DNA of 64,000 nucleotides, taken from positions 1-64,000 of IMG/VR virus record IMGVR_UViG_3300028177_000001, one strand, 5' to 3'. Position 1 is the stretch's first letter; every line of letters starts with the position of its first letter. Positions 55,530-64,000 of this stretch are shown in pieces. Below the pieces are notes generated by a model that ran no database searches, had not been told where the DNA came from, and was given only the letters and a program-made list of their open reading frames with translations. Made by a program: the position numbers and the translations under genes.

Positions 55530-56260
55530 GTTCCGCGCATAGCGTTTAGGCGAGCCATCTCTCGGGGGTTTCGCTGAAGCTTCCGCCACGCTGCAGACAT
55601 CTCGCCGTACCAGGCGTCAGCGTAGACCTCTCCCAGGATGGTTGTCTTTTCCCGCAGGTTCCATCGCCCATACTCCCCACCTGTGTACAGGCCCGTGCGG
55701 AGTGCTTCGCGAAACTGTTCCCAGAGCTTCTCCGCCCGGCCTGAGAGCGACCACTCCCAGTTCATGGACATGTCCCCCGCAGCTGTCTGGAGGAAGCTAT
55801 CGAAGTCTTCAGCCTTACGCTTGGGGTCCCGCACATACCAGTCCGCGATGTCGGAGCCTTCCCCTCGGACGGACTTGTTCAACGCATCAACCAGCTTATC
55901 CCAGAGCTTGTTGATGTCGGGTCCCCGCTTAGGCACGTTGCGTGTTAGGCCGGGAGTGACCTCGCGAGGCAAGCCTGTCACACGCGCCCGGTACTTGTCC
56001 TTCAGGACACGCAGGTACTTGTCGGGCACCTGCATCTCTTCGCGGAGATACTGCCCTGAAGCGACACCCGGCTTGACCCCCATCTCCTCCCGAAGGAACT
56101 TCGAGAACATCACCGTCTTGATGACGAACTTCTTGCCGCCCTCAGTGTGGTAGGTCTCCGCTGCAGAGGCGACCATCTTCTTCAGGATCTGGCGCTCCTT
56201 GCTCTCGGCGGGAAGGGAGCTGGCGAGCCTGAGCAGGGCGGGAGAGACGTGGTGCGGCAC
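55526..56260 (-). CDS. tagged hypothetical protein (ALLRLASSLPAESKERQIL)
   Basis: N-terminal variant of tag A. Confidence 0.7.
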   Translation of the reverse strand: MPHHVSPALLRLASSLPAESKERQILKKMVASAAETYHTEGGKKFVIKTVMFSKFLREEMGVKPGVASGQYLREEMQVPDKYLRVLKDKYRARVTGLPREVTPGLTRNVPKRGPDINKLWDKLVDALNKSVRGEGSDIADWYVRDPKRKAEDFDSFLQTAAGDMSMNWEWSLSGRAEKLWEQFREALRTGLYTGGEYGRWNLREKTTILGEVYADAWYGEMSAAWRKLQRNPREMARLNAMRGT

Positions 56261-56268
56261 AAGATTTC

Positions 56269-56775
56269 CTACGGGATTACGAGTACAGCCACTACAGCAC
56301 CGACCAGCAATCCGCCGGTGATGCCCCAGGCTGTGAAGCTATTGCGACGAGCTCGCTGCGCGTTGTTCTCGGCGATTAGAGCTCGGGTTTCCAGGGTCTG
56401 AACCTGGCCGGTGAGATCTTGCACCAGGAGCTCGTCCTCGCCGAACTGATCCGAGCAGGTCTGCAGTGCGGTGTACGTGCGGTCTTGCCATTCCAGGGTC
56501 GACTCAACACACTGGTCCAGCGCGGGCTGGCACACGTTGAGTTTCTTGGCCTGGACGATAGCAGACCTGTAGTGCTTGTCTGGCAGAAGCCAGTACTTCG
56601 AGGGCACCTGGTACAGAACCGAATCCACCGTGAAAGTGGAGCCCTCCGGAACCAGCAAGATCTCCTCGGCTGCCTCAACCACAGTCTCTGCGGTCTCTAC
56701 TGCAGGCTCGGCAGAGGTCTCGGAGGGGGCGGGCTCTTCAGCCCATGCAACGGAAAGCAAGAGTGCGAGCATCAC
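56269..56775 (-). CDS. exported protein with signal peptide, coiled coil and C-terminal TM helix
   Basis: MMLALLLSVAWA|EE; coiled coil; C-terminal WGITGGLLVGAVVAVLV. Confidence 0.65.
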   Translation of the reverse strand: MMLALLLSVAWAEEPAPSETSAEPAVETAETVVEAAEEILLVPEGSTFTVDSVLYQVPSKYWLLPDKHYRSAIVQAKKLNVCQPALDQCVESTLEWQDRTYTALQTCSDQFGEDELLVQDLTGQVQTLETRALIAENNAQRARRNSFTAWGITGGLLVGAVVAVLVIP

Positions 56776-57113
56776 GAGCCCCCTCCGAAGAGGTCTTCAC
56801 CCTCAGACTTGAGGACCTCGTCGGTTGCCTTTTCAACCTCGTCCTCTGCGGCTGCCATCTCCAGCATTGCCTCCTCGTGGTCAGCTACAATCTCGGCGGC
56901 TGAGGAAGCGGTGTCGACCTGAGCCTTCTCCACCGTCTTTGAGGAAGCGTTCCTACGACGTGCCGCCTCGGCCGCTGCTGCGACTGCCGCAGCCCCAACC
57001 CCTGCAGTCACAGTCGTGTCTCCCGTCATCAGGTAGACCGCGACCGCCACCCCGATCAGCAGAACAGCGACACCCAGACCCACCCACAGGGTCTTGTTGC
57101 TACTCCAGTCCAC
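56772..57113 (-). CDS. membrane protein with N-terminal TM helix and coiled coil
   Basis: LWVGLGVAVLLIGVAVAVYL, then an A/E-rich helix; overlaps the next gene. Confidence 0.65.
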   Translation of the reverse strand: MDWSSNKTLWVGLGVAVLLIGVAVAVYLMTGDTTVTAGVGAAAVAAAAEAARRRNASSKTVEKAQVDTASSAAEIVADHEEAMLEMAAAEDEVEKATDEVLKSEGEDLFGGGS

Positions 57114-57438
57114 GAGATACTTCCTTCTTCAACCAGGCGCTGGCGACCCGAGAGGGAGAGCAGGAACCGCGTCGTCCCTTGAGCATGCCCCGGAGTTCCT
57201 TCTTGATCTCGCGGGCTACCGGACCTTGCCACCGACCAGAGTTGGCGAGAAAGTACATCACGATGCTCTCGGCGTCGTCAGCCCCGTACATGTCGTCCAG
57301 GTAGTCCAGGGACGCCATCGCGACCACATACGGACGCGCCGACGCGCCGACCGGGTTCCAGTCGTCGATGATGTCGCGGGCAATAAGGTGTAGCTTCCGC
57401 ATCAGCATTCTCGGGTCAGTTGGCTGCCTGGATGACAC
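57100..57438 (-). CDS. phage hypothetical domain with C-terminal tag (SPSRVASAW)
   Basis: IARDIIDDW...PYVVAM...YGADDAESIVMYFLANSGRWQG...IKKELR, a pattern recalled from many phages; late motif at 57462-57476. Confidence 0.7.
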   Translation of the reverse strand: MSSRQPTDPRMLMRKLHLIARDIIDDWNPVGASARPYVVAMASLDYLDDMYGADDAESIVMYFLANSGRWQGPVAREIKKELRGMLKGRRGSCSPSRVASAWLKKEVSRGLE

Positions 57439-60400
57439 CCGTTGTTACCACGGGGTTCATAATAGCCAGGCCACCGCTCAGGATAAACTCGGTGCCAGGG
57501 TAGGGTGCGCCCCCAGCGAGCAGGCTTCGAACACTCAAAGCTGTCAGCCCTCCCCAGGGACCGAGCTTTGAATACGTCGTGGTCGCGTAGGCTGTCATCT
57601 CGTAAGCAGCCGCGCCGTTTCCCGTAGTCCCTGGAGTCCCATTCGGAACCAGAGTCCCAGACACCGCAGAGGGAGGGACGTTGTCGCTGAGCGTGCCCGG
57701 AATGTTCAGGTTCTCTGCGCGAGGGGTCACATCCGCCAGGACCATACGGAAGTCCTGGTTCATTCCCATCCCGCCTGGCGGCACCGCCCCGTCCGGGCCA
57801 CGAGCATTCGGGTAAGCGATCGCCGTGCCCAACAGGCCGTCCGTGAGACCGCCTCCCGAGGCCATGAGGATGCTGGTGGGGGCAAAGTGAGAAGCCGAAC
57901 CCTTGATGGTGGGGGACTGCTTACCCCAGGTGCCTCCAGGCCCTCCTGGAACAGAGTGCGCGTCTGTGGTGAACAGTCCGGCGATGCCGATCTCTGAAAG
58001 TCCTTCTCCCGGGCCAGGCCCGTCACACAAGCTGGAAAGGTGAACGCTGTCCCCGTCCTCCTTCTCGCAGAACTCCAGGCTCCCATACAGAGCATCTGCT
58101 CCGTCTGCGAACTCCACGAACCGATACGGATCGTTCAGCACCAGAGCTTCAGCGTCGTCCAGGATATCCAGAGGATCGTTGATCTTGGATCCCGCGAAGA
58201 CCGACGAGGTGGACGCAGCGTCCCGGCTCTTCGGAATCGGCGGGGTGCCCTCGTTGAGGATAGTGACCGAGTCGTCGATCGGCTGAGTGCACAAGTAGGT
58301 CTTGGAGACCGGGCGACCGGGAGCGAACGTCACCGTGACGGGATACTGCGCGGCTGGGAGAGCTGTCGAGAAGATCAGGTTCTGGCTGTCCGAGTCAAAC
58401 CCGTAGGTGGTGGACGCCACCGTTGCCCCGTCTACCTGCACCACGAACACCCGGCTGGCATACATGGCGGAGTCGGGGATGTAGACCAGAGTTGAAGTTC
58501 GGGAGGTAATCGTGGACACGGTCGGGGTCGTGTCCGACAGGAGCTCACCCGAGGTAACAGTGTACGAACGGTTTAGAACCATGCCTTGAGGCGCGATTCC
58601 GAACCCGTCAACGGCCCCTCTGATGCGATAGCGCATGAAGTCCCAGCGTTGCTGAGTGACAGCGCGGGGGTCCGGGGCTCCAAAGTGGACCGTTCCCCTG
58701 TCCTGCTTCAAGACAGGGAGAGCGGAATACTCAACAGTGGCCCATGCAGCAGAAGGGTCAGTCGTCTCGGTGGCGAAGTCCCCAGTGGCCGTCGGAGGCA
58801 AGGCCAGATCCGGACGGAACAGACACACCCCCCAGGTGGGGTCCAGGTACAGACGCACGTGGACAAGGCTCTGCCAGTCCATTTGCACAGGGATCGCTGT
58901 AAGGGACGAGTTCAACGCCCCACTTGAGTCCGCCCTGGGAATCTTGTACGAATCGATGTCGTCGGGAGTGCCCGCGCCGTCCCTTGTGAGGATACCGAAC
59001 GTTCGACCCAGAGTAGACCCAGCCAGGGCCAGTGGGCGAAGAGGAACCGCGCTCGTAGAGTGCAAGGTGAAGGCGCAGACCCCGGTTCCCTCGGCCCCGA
59101 CAAACCCTCGGGCCGAACCTGTGAAGGACACGAAGCCCGAGAACGCTGTGCTGCCCACCACCGTGTCATCTACAGACAGCACTACGATGTCAGCTACCGG
59201 GTCGCAGACCAGACGGTAGGTGTGAACAGCCAGGTCGTTCCAAACATGCGCAATCGTAGCGACTGTGTCTCGGTTGTTGTCTACCAGGAGGATGCTGTCC
59301 GTGGTCAGTAGCAGCCCCACTGTTCGAACTGTCGGAGCCAGGGCGGCTGTGGGGACCTGGGCCCCGAAGAGGAAGCCCACCCCCAGAGTGCCCACGGTGC
59401 CAGACTCCACCGAGAGACGGGCTTCAGAAATCAAGCCCTCGTAGTTGGCAGTGGTAGGGACAGCGAGATCCCGATACCAGGTGCCTTCCTCAGTTGCTGT
59501 CTTCGTGTACTCCAGAGTCTGACCCCGCACAAAGGCAGCAGCCAGGGTCGACGATGGAGAAGACAGCCAGCCTGCGTCAACGGGAGCCTGCAGCCCAGAC
59601 AACGAGACCTGGGGCAAGTCAGTAACCAGGTTCCTTGCTGTCGCAGACTGAGAGTACAGCAAGGTGGCCAGCCGGGCTTCCCGAGTGGCATCCCGCACTA
59701 CGACATGGGCGTCGCCTGCGCCCAGCATGCCGGACTCAACCTTGAACTTCGCTTCCGTGTCCGTAGTGACGCGGTTGGTCAGGTACGGCTCCACGCGGTG
59801 GTAGCTGAACTCCTGGTCAATGGAAGCGTCGGAGGAGCCGGATGTAGACTTGAGAAGAACCGAGCTCCCCGAAGCATCAGTCTGGGAATACCCCAGACCC
59901 CCCACGATGTACCAGGGATCGTTCGGGTCCTCCTCGGGAACGACGTTCATCTCGCTGAAGGCAGTGATGCCCTGCACAGAGAAGGTCATACGCAAGGGGT
60001 TCGAGGCATACTGAGAAAGATCCCAGATGGTCGAGTTGGTCGCCCTACGAGAGACCGAGCCCCAGAAGGCGACTCCCTTCTCGGTTGCGGGAAGTAGCAG
60101 GGCGGTCTGGGCTGGGTAGGGCGCCAGCTTGGCCACGGTGACGACCGTGCCCGCGACTGCACCCCCCATAATCAGAGTTGCGGAGCCTGCGGGGAACTCC
60201 ACGGCCCCTCGCAGAGAAACCAGGTTGGTCTCCCAGAGTGTCTCGAACAAAACTGTGAAGGTGTCGTTGCCGTATCCCTTGTAGTCCGCAGGCAAGGCGG
60301 GGGTGAAGGTCACGGCGACTGTGGTGCCGTCCGTCGACGCAGTCAACCCACAGGAGGCGATCGTGTAGACACCCGCCTGATTGCCCGAGGCTACCCGGAA

Positions 60401-62794
60401 ACGACTGCCTGCCAGAACTCCCGGAGGCAAGGCCGAGGTGTCCAAGGTCAACGTGGTTGACGAAGTCGCGGTGCCCAGCGCTGAAGGACCGATTTCCCAG
60501 CTGGCTTCCAGATGCGGGTTGTTCCCGTCTTTCAGCACGCCGATGTGCTGAACCCCGGACACCAGCAACGCCCCGACCAGGAAGAGGAAGTTCCCGTCGT
60601 GTACGCCGAAGCCTACTCCAGTAAACACTCCGTCCAGGACATAGCTCTCAAGGTAGAACCTGCCCGATGAAGTGACCGATGTCTGCAGAGACAGGTCCAG
60701 GTCCCGCTTGTATGCTGCAGCGGTTCCAGTCTCGTAAGGGCCAGAAGACGCATCGATAACACGGTAGGTGCCGTCCCCTACCAGACCTCCCGTGTCCACC
60801 CCGGACAGCGTCCAGGGAGTGTCCGCGTCGGCAGGCAGGACACCCCCGTTGAAAATGCCCGTCTGCTGAAGAGAGTCAGCAGACACTCCTCCGATGGACA
60901 CAGCCGTAGGGTCCTGGTTGAGCAGGAGCGTAGTGGGCTGGTTCAGCAGGGCGGAGTAGCCCTTCTGGAACCCGATGTACCGGTGCCCGATCCTCTTGGG
61001 GGACTGCCTGGTGAGGGGGCCCAGCGCGATCCCCTGGGGGAATCGGTTCGTCTTAGTAGCCCCTGTGGCTGTAGAGGGCGTGGGGGAAACAGCACCTGGA
61101 GTATGCCCCACAGACCTGTCCCAGGTGTTGAGAGACAGACCTCGGGTGTTGAGACCGGCCATTCCGAATGCCGGGTTCGAGATCCAGGTGTAGTCAGCGA
61201 CGACAGTGACGGTTCCGGGGGCCGTGCGTGGGATCGGGATGGTGGGATAGATCTCCCCCACATAGGGATTCACTCCAGACACAGCCACTGCAGTACCGTC
61301 TACTCGTACAGCCACATCCTCCTTGCCCGCTGGGGTTGCGTCTCCCCAGCCGCGCACCAGGGGTCCCCTCTTGGTGAAGATTGTCGCCTGCGCCAGAACA
61401 CTACTGCCTGTGAACGAAACAGCGAGTCCGTGGATGAAGTTCCAGGCACTGGTGAACAGAGTAGAGGACGCCGAGAGGCCCATTCCCTTCAAGGCGAACA
61501 GGCTTACTGCAGGAGGAGTAGAAAGAACAACCGCTGTCCCCGCGTTGTATGTGGATGAACCGGTCGCAGAAGCGATAGAGAAGGTGAGAAGCGGAGTCCC
61601 GTTCAAGAGGACTGAGTAGAAGCTCCCCTTCTGATTGCGAACCAAGGACACTACTGCGTCGGCAGTATCCCACGCAGCCGGAGCTTGCAGGGAGAGCGCC
61701 CCGCTCGTGACGCTAATGACCTTGGTGCCTGCCACATCCTCCAGGAGAAGGTTGACCTGGGTTGCGCCGTCTGAGATAGCGAACAGAACCAGGCTGGAGT
61801 TGAACAGGGCCGGGACAATGGAAGCCCCTACCGAGCTGAACGTGAAGTCTGCCCTGTAGGAGGACCCGGGAAGCATTCGGCCTGCCGTATCCTCAAACGT
61901 CCATCCGTAGGACGTGCCTGCTGCCTTCGATAGAATCAAGCCCGACGCCGAAGCTACTGAAGTGCCCGTTCCGACAACCGTGCCCGTGAAGGTAGGGTCC
62001 GCAGACGGCAGCACTGAGCCGTCGTAGTCGTACGAGAGAGCAGGGCCGACTGTGAGGTTGTATGTTGCGGACGTCATCGGGTGGACGTCCAGATCCACCC
62101 TGGACTTCAAGACCGCGCTCTGAGACGCTGACACCAGGCTGGGGGCCACTGGGTAGGTCGTCGTCACAGCATAGGAGGCAGTGCTGTTCACACCCGGACT
62201 AAACCCAGCCTCCGTGAGGAGAGTTTGAGCCAGGCTCCGAGAGTCCTTGAAGTCCAGGCGAACCGTGCGACCGTCATCCGGGCTCGGAAGCGAAACAGTG
62301 ACAGTAGTGGTGTCGCCGTAGCTGGAGAAGGTGGCCGGGCTCGGGGAGATTTCGTTCCCTGCCAGGTCCTCCACTGATGACACAGTGGCCTGGTACTGCC
62401 CTCCCAGAGAAGATCCGGAGTGCGTGACAATGACAGAGGTGTAGCCCCCGTAGGAACCCGCTGTGCCCAGAGCTACCGATACCGTCGTGAGAGGGGCACC
62501 GTACACTGCTGTAAAGAGGTAGTTCCCCGCGAGGACGAGAGCGGCGTTGCTCCGCATCTCCTCGCTAAAGAACACCTCGACCCGGAAGCCGTCCAGGGAG
62601 CTCGCCCCTGTCACCTTCGGGGGGATGACATCCAGCGAGCCGTAGGAGTTCACCCCAAAGCCCGAACCGCCGAAACCTCCAGTCGTTGCGAATGGGAGTC
62701 TCGGAAACGCAGACGAGCCGTAGGCCGAGTGGCCGTAGGCAGCGCCTCCGTATCCGAGGCCACCCAACGTCAGTCCCGGAAGATATACCGGCAT
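57416..62794 (-). CDS. very large virion structural protein (baseplate/tail), 1792 aa
   Basis: Ig-like N-terminal repeats and repeated HTYRL/LamG-like beta segments; late motif at 62822-62836. Confidence 0.7.
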   Translation of the reverse strand: MPVYLPGLTLGGLGYGGAAYGHSAYGSSAFPRLPFATTGGFGGSGFGVNSYGSLDVIPPKVTGASSLDGFRVEVFFSEEMRSNAALVLAGNYLFTAVYGAPLTTVSVALGTAGSYGGYTSVIVTHSGSSLGGQYQATVSSVEDLAGNEISPSPATFSSYGDTTTVTVSLPSPDDGRTVRLDFKDSRSLAQTLLTEAGFSPGVNSTASYAVTTTYPVAPSLVSASQSAVLKSRVDLDVHPMTSATYNLTVGPALSYDYDGSVLPSADPTFTGTVVGTGTSVASASGLILSKAAGTSYGWTFEDTAGRMLPGSSYRADFTFSSVGASIVPALFNSSLVLFAISDGATQVNLLLEDVAGTKVISVTSGALSLQAPAAWDTADAVVSLVRNQKGSFYSVLLNGTPLLTFSIASATGSSTYNAGTAVVLSTPPAVSLFALKGMGLSASSTLFTSAWNFIHGLAVSFTGSSVLAQATIFTKRGPLVRGWGDATPAGKEDVAVRVDGTAVAVSGVNPYVGEIYPTIPIPRTAPGTVTVVADYTWISNPAFGMAGLNTRGLSLNTWDRSVGHTPGAVSPTPSTATGATKTNRFPQGIALGPLTRQSPKRIGHRYIGFQKGYSALLNQPTTLLLNQDPTAVSIGGVSADSLQQTGIFNGGVLPADADTPWTLSGVDTGGLVGDGTYRVIDASSGPYETGTAAAYKRDLDLSLQTSVTSSGRFYLESYVLDGVFTGVGFGVHDGNFLFLVGALLVSGVQHIGVLKDGNNPHLEASWEIGPSALGTATSSTTLTLDTSALPPGVLAGSRFRVASGNQAGVYTIASCGLTASTDGTTVAVTFTPALPADYKGYGNDTFTVLFETLWETNLVSLRGAVEFPAGSATLIMGGAVAGTVVTVAKLAPYPAQTALLLPATEKGVAFWGSVSRRATNSTIWDLSQYASNPLRMTFSVQGITAFSEMNVVPEEDPNDPWYIVGGLGYSQTDASGSSVLLKSTSGSSDASIDQEFSYHRVEPYLTNRVTTDTEAKFKVESGMLGAGDAHVVVRDATREARLATLLYSQSATARNLVTDLPQVSLSGLQAPVDAGWLSSPSSTLAAAFVRGQTLEYTKTATEEGTWYRDLAVPTTANYEGLISEARLSVESGTVGTLGVGFLFGAQVPTAALAPTVRTVGLLLTTDSILLVDNNRDTVATIAHVWNDLAVHTYRLVCDPVADIVVLSVDDTVVGSTAFSGFVSFTGSARGFVGAEGTGVCAFTLHSTSAVPLRPLALAGSTLGRTFGILTRDGAGTPDDIDSYKIPRADSSGALNSSLTAIPVQMDWQSLVHVRLYLDPTWGVCLFRPDLALPPTATGDFATETTDPSAAWATVEYSALPVLKQDRGTVHFGAPDPRAVTQQRWDFMRYRIRGAVDGFGIAPQGMVLNRSYTVTSGELLSDTTPTVSTITSRTSTLVYIPDSAMYASRVFVVQVDGATVASTTYGFDSDSQNLIFSTALPAAQYPVTVTFAPGRPVSKTYLCTQPIDDSVTILNEGTPPIPKSRDAASTSSVFAGSKINDPLDILDDAEALVLNDPYRFVEFADGADALYGSLEFCEKEDGDSVHLSSLCDGPGPGEGLSEIGIAGLFTTDAHSVPGGPGGTWGKQSPTIKGSASHFAPTSILMASGGGLTDGLLGTAIAYPNARGPDGAVPPGGMGMNQDFRMVLADVTPRAENLNIPGTLSDNVPPSAVSGTLVPNGTPGTTGNGAAAYEMTAYATTTYSKLGPWGGLTALSVRSLLAGGAPYPGTEFILSGGLAIMNPVVTTGVIQAAN
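57462..57476 (-). promoter_or_regulatory. putative late promoter CGGTGG-N5-CTAT
   Basis: Exact consensus match inside the 3' end of the upstream CDS. Confidence 0.55.
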
Positions 62795-62821
62795 TCAGCT
62801 CTCCCTGAGCTATCGAAGCGA

Positions 62822-62836
62822 ATAGGGGAGCCACCG
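62822..62836 (-). promoter_or_regulatory. putative late promoter CGGTGG-N5-CTAT
   Basis: Exact consensus match 27 nt upstream of the 62794 start. Confidence 0.6.
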
Positions 62837-62842
62837 TCAGGG

Positions 62843-63163
62843 CTACTTCTTGACGGCTTCCTTCTCTGCAGGCTTCTCGGCTTCCTTCTCTGCAGGCTTC
62901 TCGGCTTCCTTCTCTGCCCGCTTGGTCTCGGCTTCCATGGCCTGAGCGATGCGTTCGTGCTGCTCATCAGCTTCGGCGACGAACTTGTCCACGGCGGGCT
63001 TGTCGTTGTCGAGATCCTGGGTGGGGCGGGATCCGGGAAGCCATGGGATGTCCTGGCCTGCGTTGTCCAGGTTGTCGAAAGTCAGAGTAGGCTGACTACG
63101 AACAGGCCCCAGCATCCAGTTCTGGATGCTGTCGATGGGCACCGACCACTGCTTGACACTCAC
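62843..63163 (-). CDS. small protein with AEKEAEKP repeats
   Basis: 24-nt coding tandem repeat at about 62860-62917. Confidence 0.6.
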   Translation of the reverse strand: MSVKQWSVPIDSIQNWMLGPVRSQPTLTFDNLDNAGQDIPWLPGSRPTQDLDNDKPAVDKFVAEADEQHERIAQAMEAETKRAEKEAEKPAEKEAEKPAEKEAVKK

Positions 63164-63238
63164 CCAGGCTCCCGAAAAGGACTATGAGAGTCCGACAATC
63201 CCGGTGCACAGGATGTGGGTGGTGGGAGGTTGGTCTAC

Positions 63239-64000
63239 TCAAGTGTTGGGGTAGGACATTCGGTAGATGTCCCCTTCGGCCGTGATGTCAGCCCCGATCT
63301 CGAGAGCTGATCCGTTGAGCCGAAACTCTTTGTAAAGAGTAGGGTTCGCAGGGCCGACGTTATCAAGATCGTTTACTCCGTTCCGCGATAGGGTGATCAT
63401 TCCGATCAAAGCACTATTTGTATCGGGAGTCGCGGAAAGAGCCACGGAAGACACGGTGCCGTTCCATGTGAAGTCTGCCGAGGCAAACACATCCAACGTG
63501 ACTCCGGAAAGCAAGGCCCCCGAACTCGCGGCGGAGATGTTGATGGGCGAACCCCCAGTCGCTCCAAACTCATGGACAAAGTAGAGATCTCCCAGGACCG
63601 ATCCGCCGGTGCCGTCACCCACATACAGGGTTCCCGCGCCCGCTTCGAAGGCGGTCGGCGGAGAGTTGGTCTGGATGATGTACGTGGGGTCCAGGGGACC
63701 GGGGACCGTGAGCTTGCCTGTGACTGCGTTGTAGATCATGGGGTTAGGAGCGTTCGCCCCGAACGTGATCTCGTTCGCCGCAGAGACAGTGACTTCCATG
63801 ACGGAAGGGTAGGTGCCCTGCGTCATAGTCTGACCGGCGAACACTCCCAGCGCTGTATCCAGGCCGGTGTCCGCGCTCAGGAAGAACACCTCCGACATCG
63901 GCCCGTGGGAAACAGCGGTGAGTAGGATGACCCCTCCCCCTGCGTCAGTCGCGACCACGTACCGAGTTGCATTGAACTTGGCCAGGACTGCGACCAGATT
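63239..64000 (-). CDS. virion structural protein, 5'-truncated by window edge
   Basis: Frame open to position 64000 (NLVAVLAKFNATRYVVATDAG...); G/T/A-rich. Confidence 0.7.
   Translation of the reverse strand, partial: NLVAVLAKFNATRYVVATDAGGGVILLTAVSHGPMSEVFFLSADTGLDTALGVFAGQTMTQGTYPSVMEVTVSAANEITFGANAPNPMIYNAVTGKLTVPGPLDPTYIIQTNSPPTAFEAGAGTLYVGDGTGGSVLGDLYFVHEFGATGGSPINISAASSGALLSGVTLDVFASADFTWNGTVSSVALSATPDTNSALIGMITLSRNGVNDLDNVGPANPTLYKEFRLNGSALEIGADITAEGDIYRMSYPNT

Noticed and set aside
1-64000. Diversity-generating retroelement, intein or self-splicing intron, integrase
   Set aside because: No reverse transcriptase (YxDD), template/variable repeat pair, intein motifs or recombinase motifs were seen in the window.

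Overview
This window looks like part of a large, GC-rich (roughly 64%, by eye) tailed jumbo-phage genome, densely coded in the standard bacterial code. Minus-strand blocks hold very large virion proteins (1788, 1222, 1095 and 1792 aa: two DUF4815-like paralogues, a beta-helix tailspike and a baseplate/tail-like protein) plus many small, mosaic, probably head-internal proteins. Plus-strand blocks hold DNA metabolism and accessory genes: a split T4-like type IIA topoisomerase, a 5'-3' exonuclease, an orphan N6/N4 methyltransferase, a vWA protein, a lytic transglycosylase, a sulfotransferase-like protein and khpA. There is one tRNA-like gene with an 8-nt anticodon loop. Three results stand out. 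(1) About 14 otherwise unrelated minus-strand proteins share three short helical peptide tags: ASDRSxLIRLAxxLxKGSxERKAILAGLK, SxxRVAxR[YHFW] and LRxILAxEGL. Their payloads are diverse (ParB-like, HAD+2H RNA repair, SWIM, GNAT, WGR, RNase-like, Cys-His peptidase-like), which suggests a modular capsid-loading or ejected-effector system. (2) A motif CGGTRG-N5-CTAT sits upstream of nearly all these tagged and structural transcription units and is tandemly amplified at 51744-51814. (3) A separate motif GGTTCCC-N13-GACGTAA, with a variant GGGGGGTCTAC-N11-CCGGTAACTCT, precedes non-structural genes and the tRNA. All family assignments come from motif recognition by eye; no database search was run.
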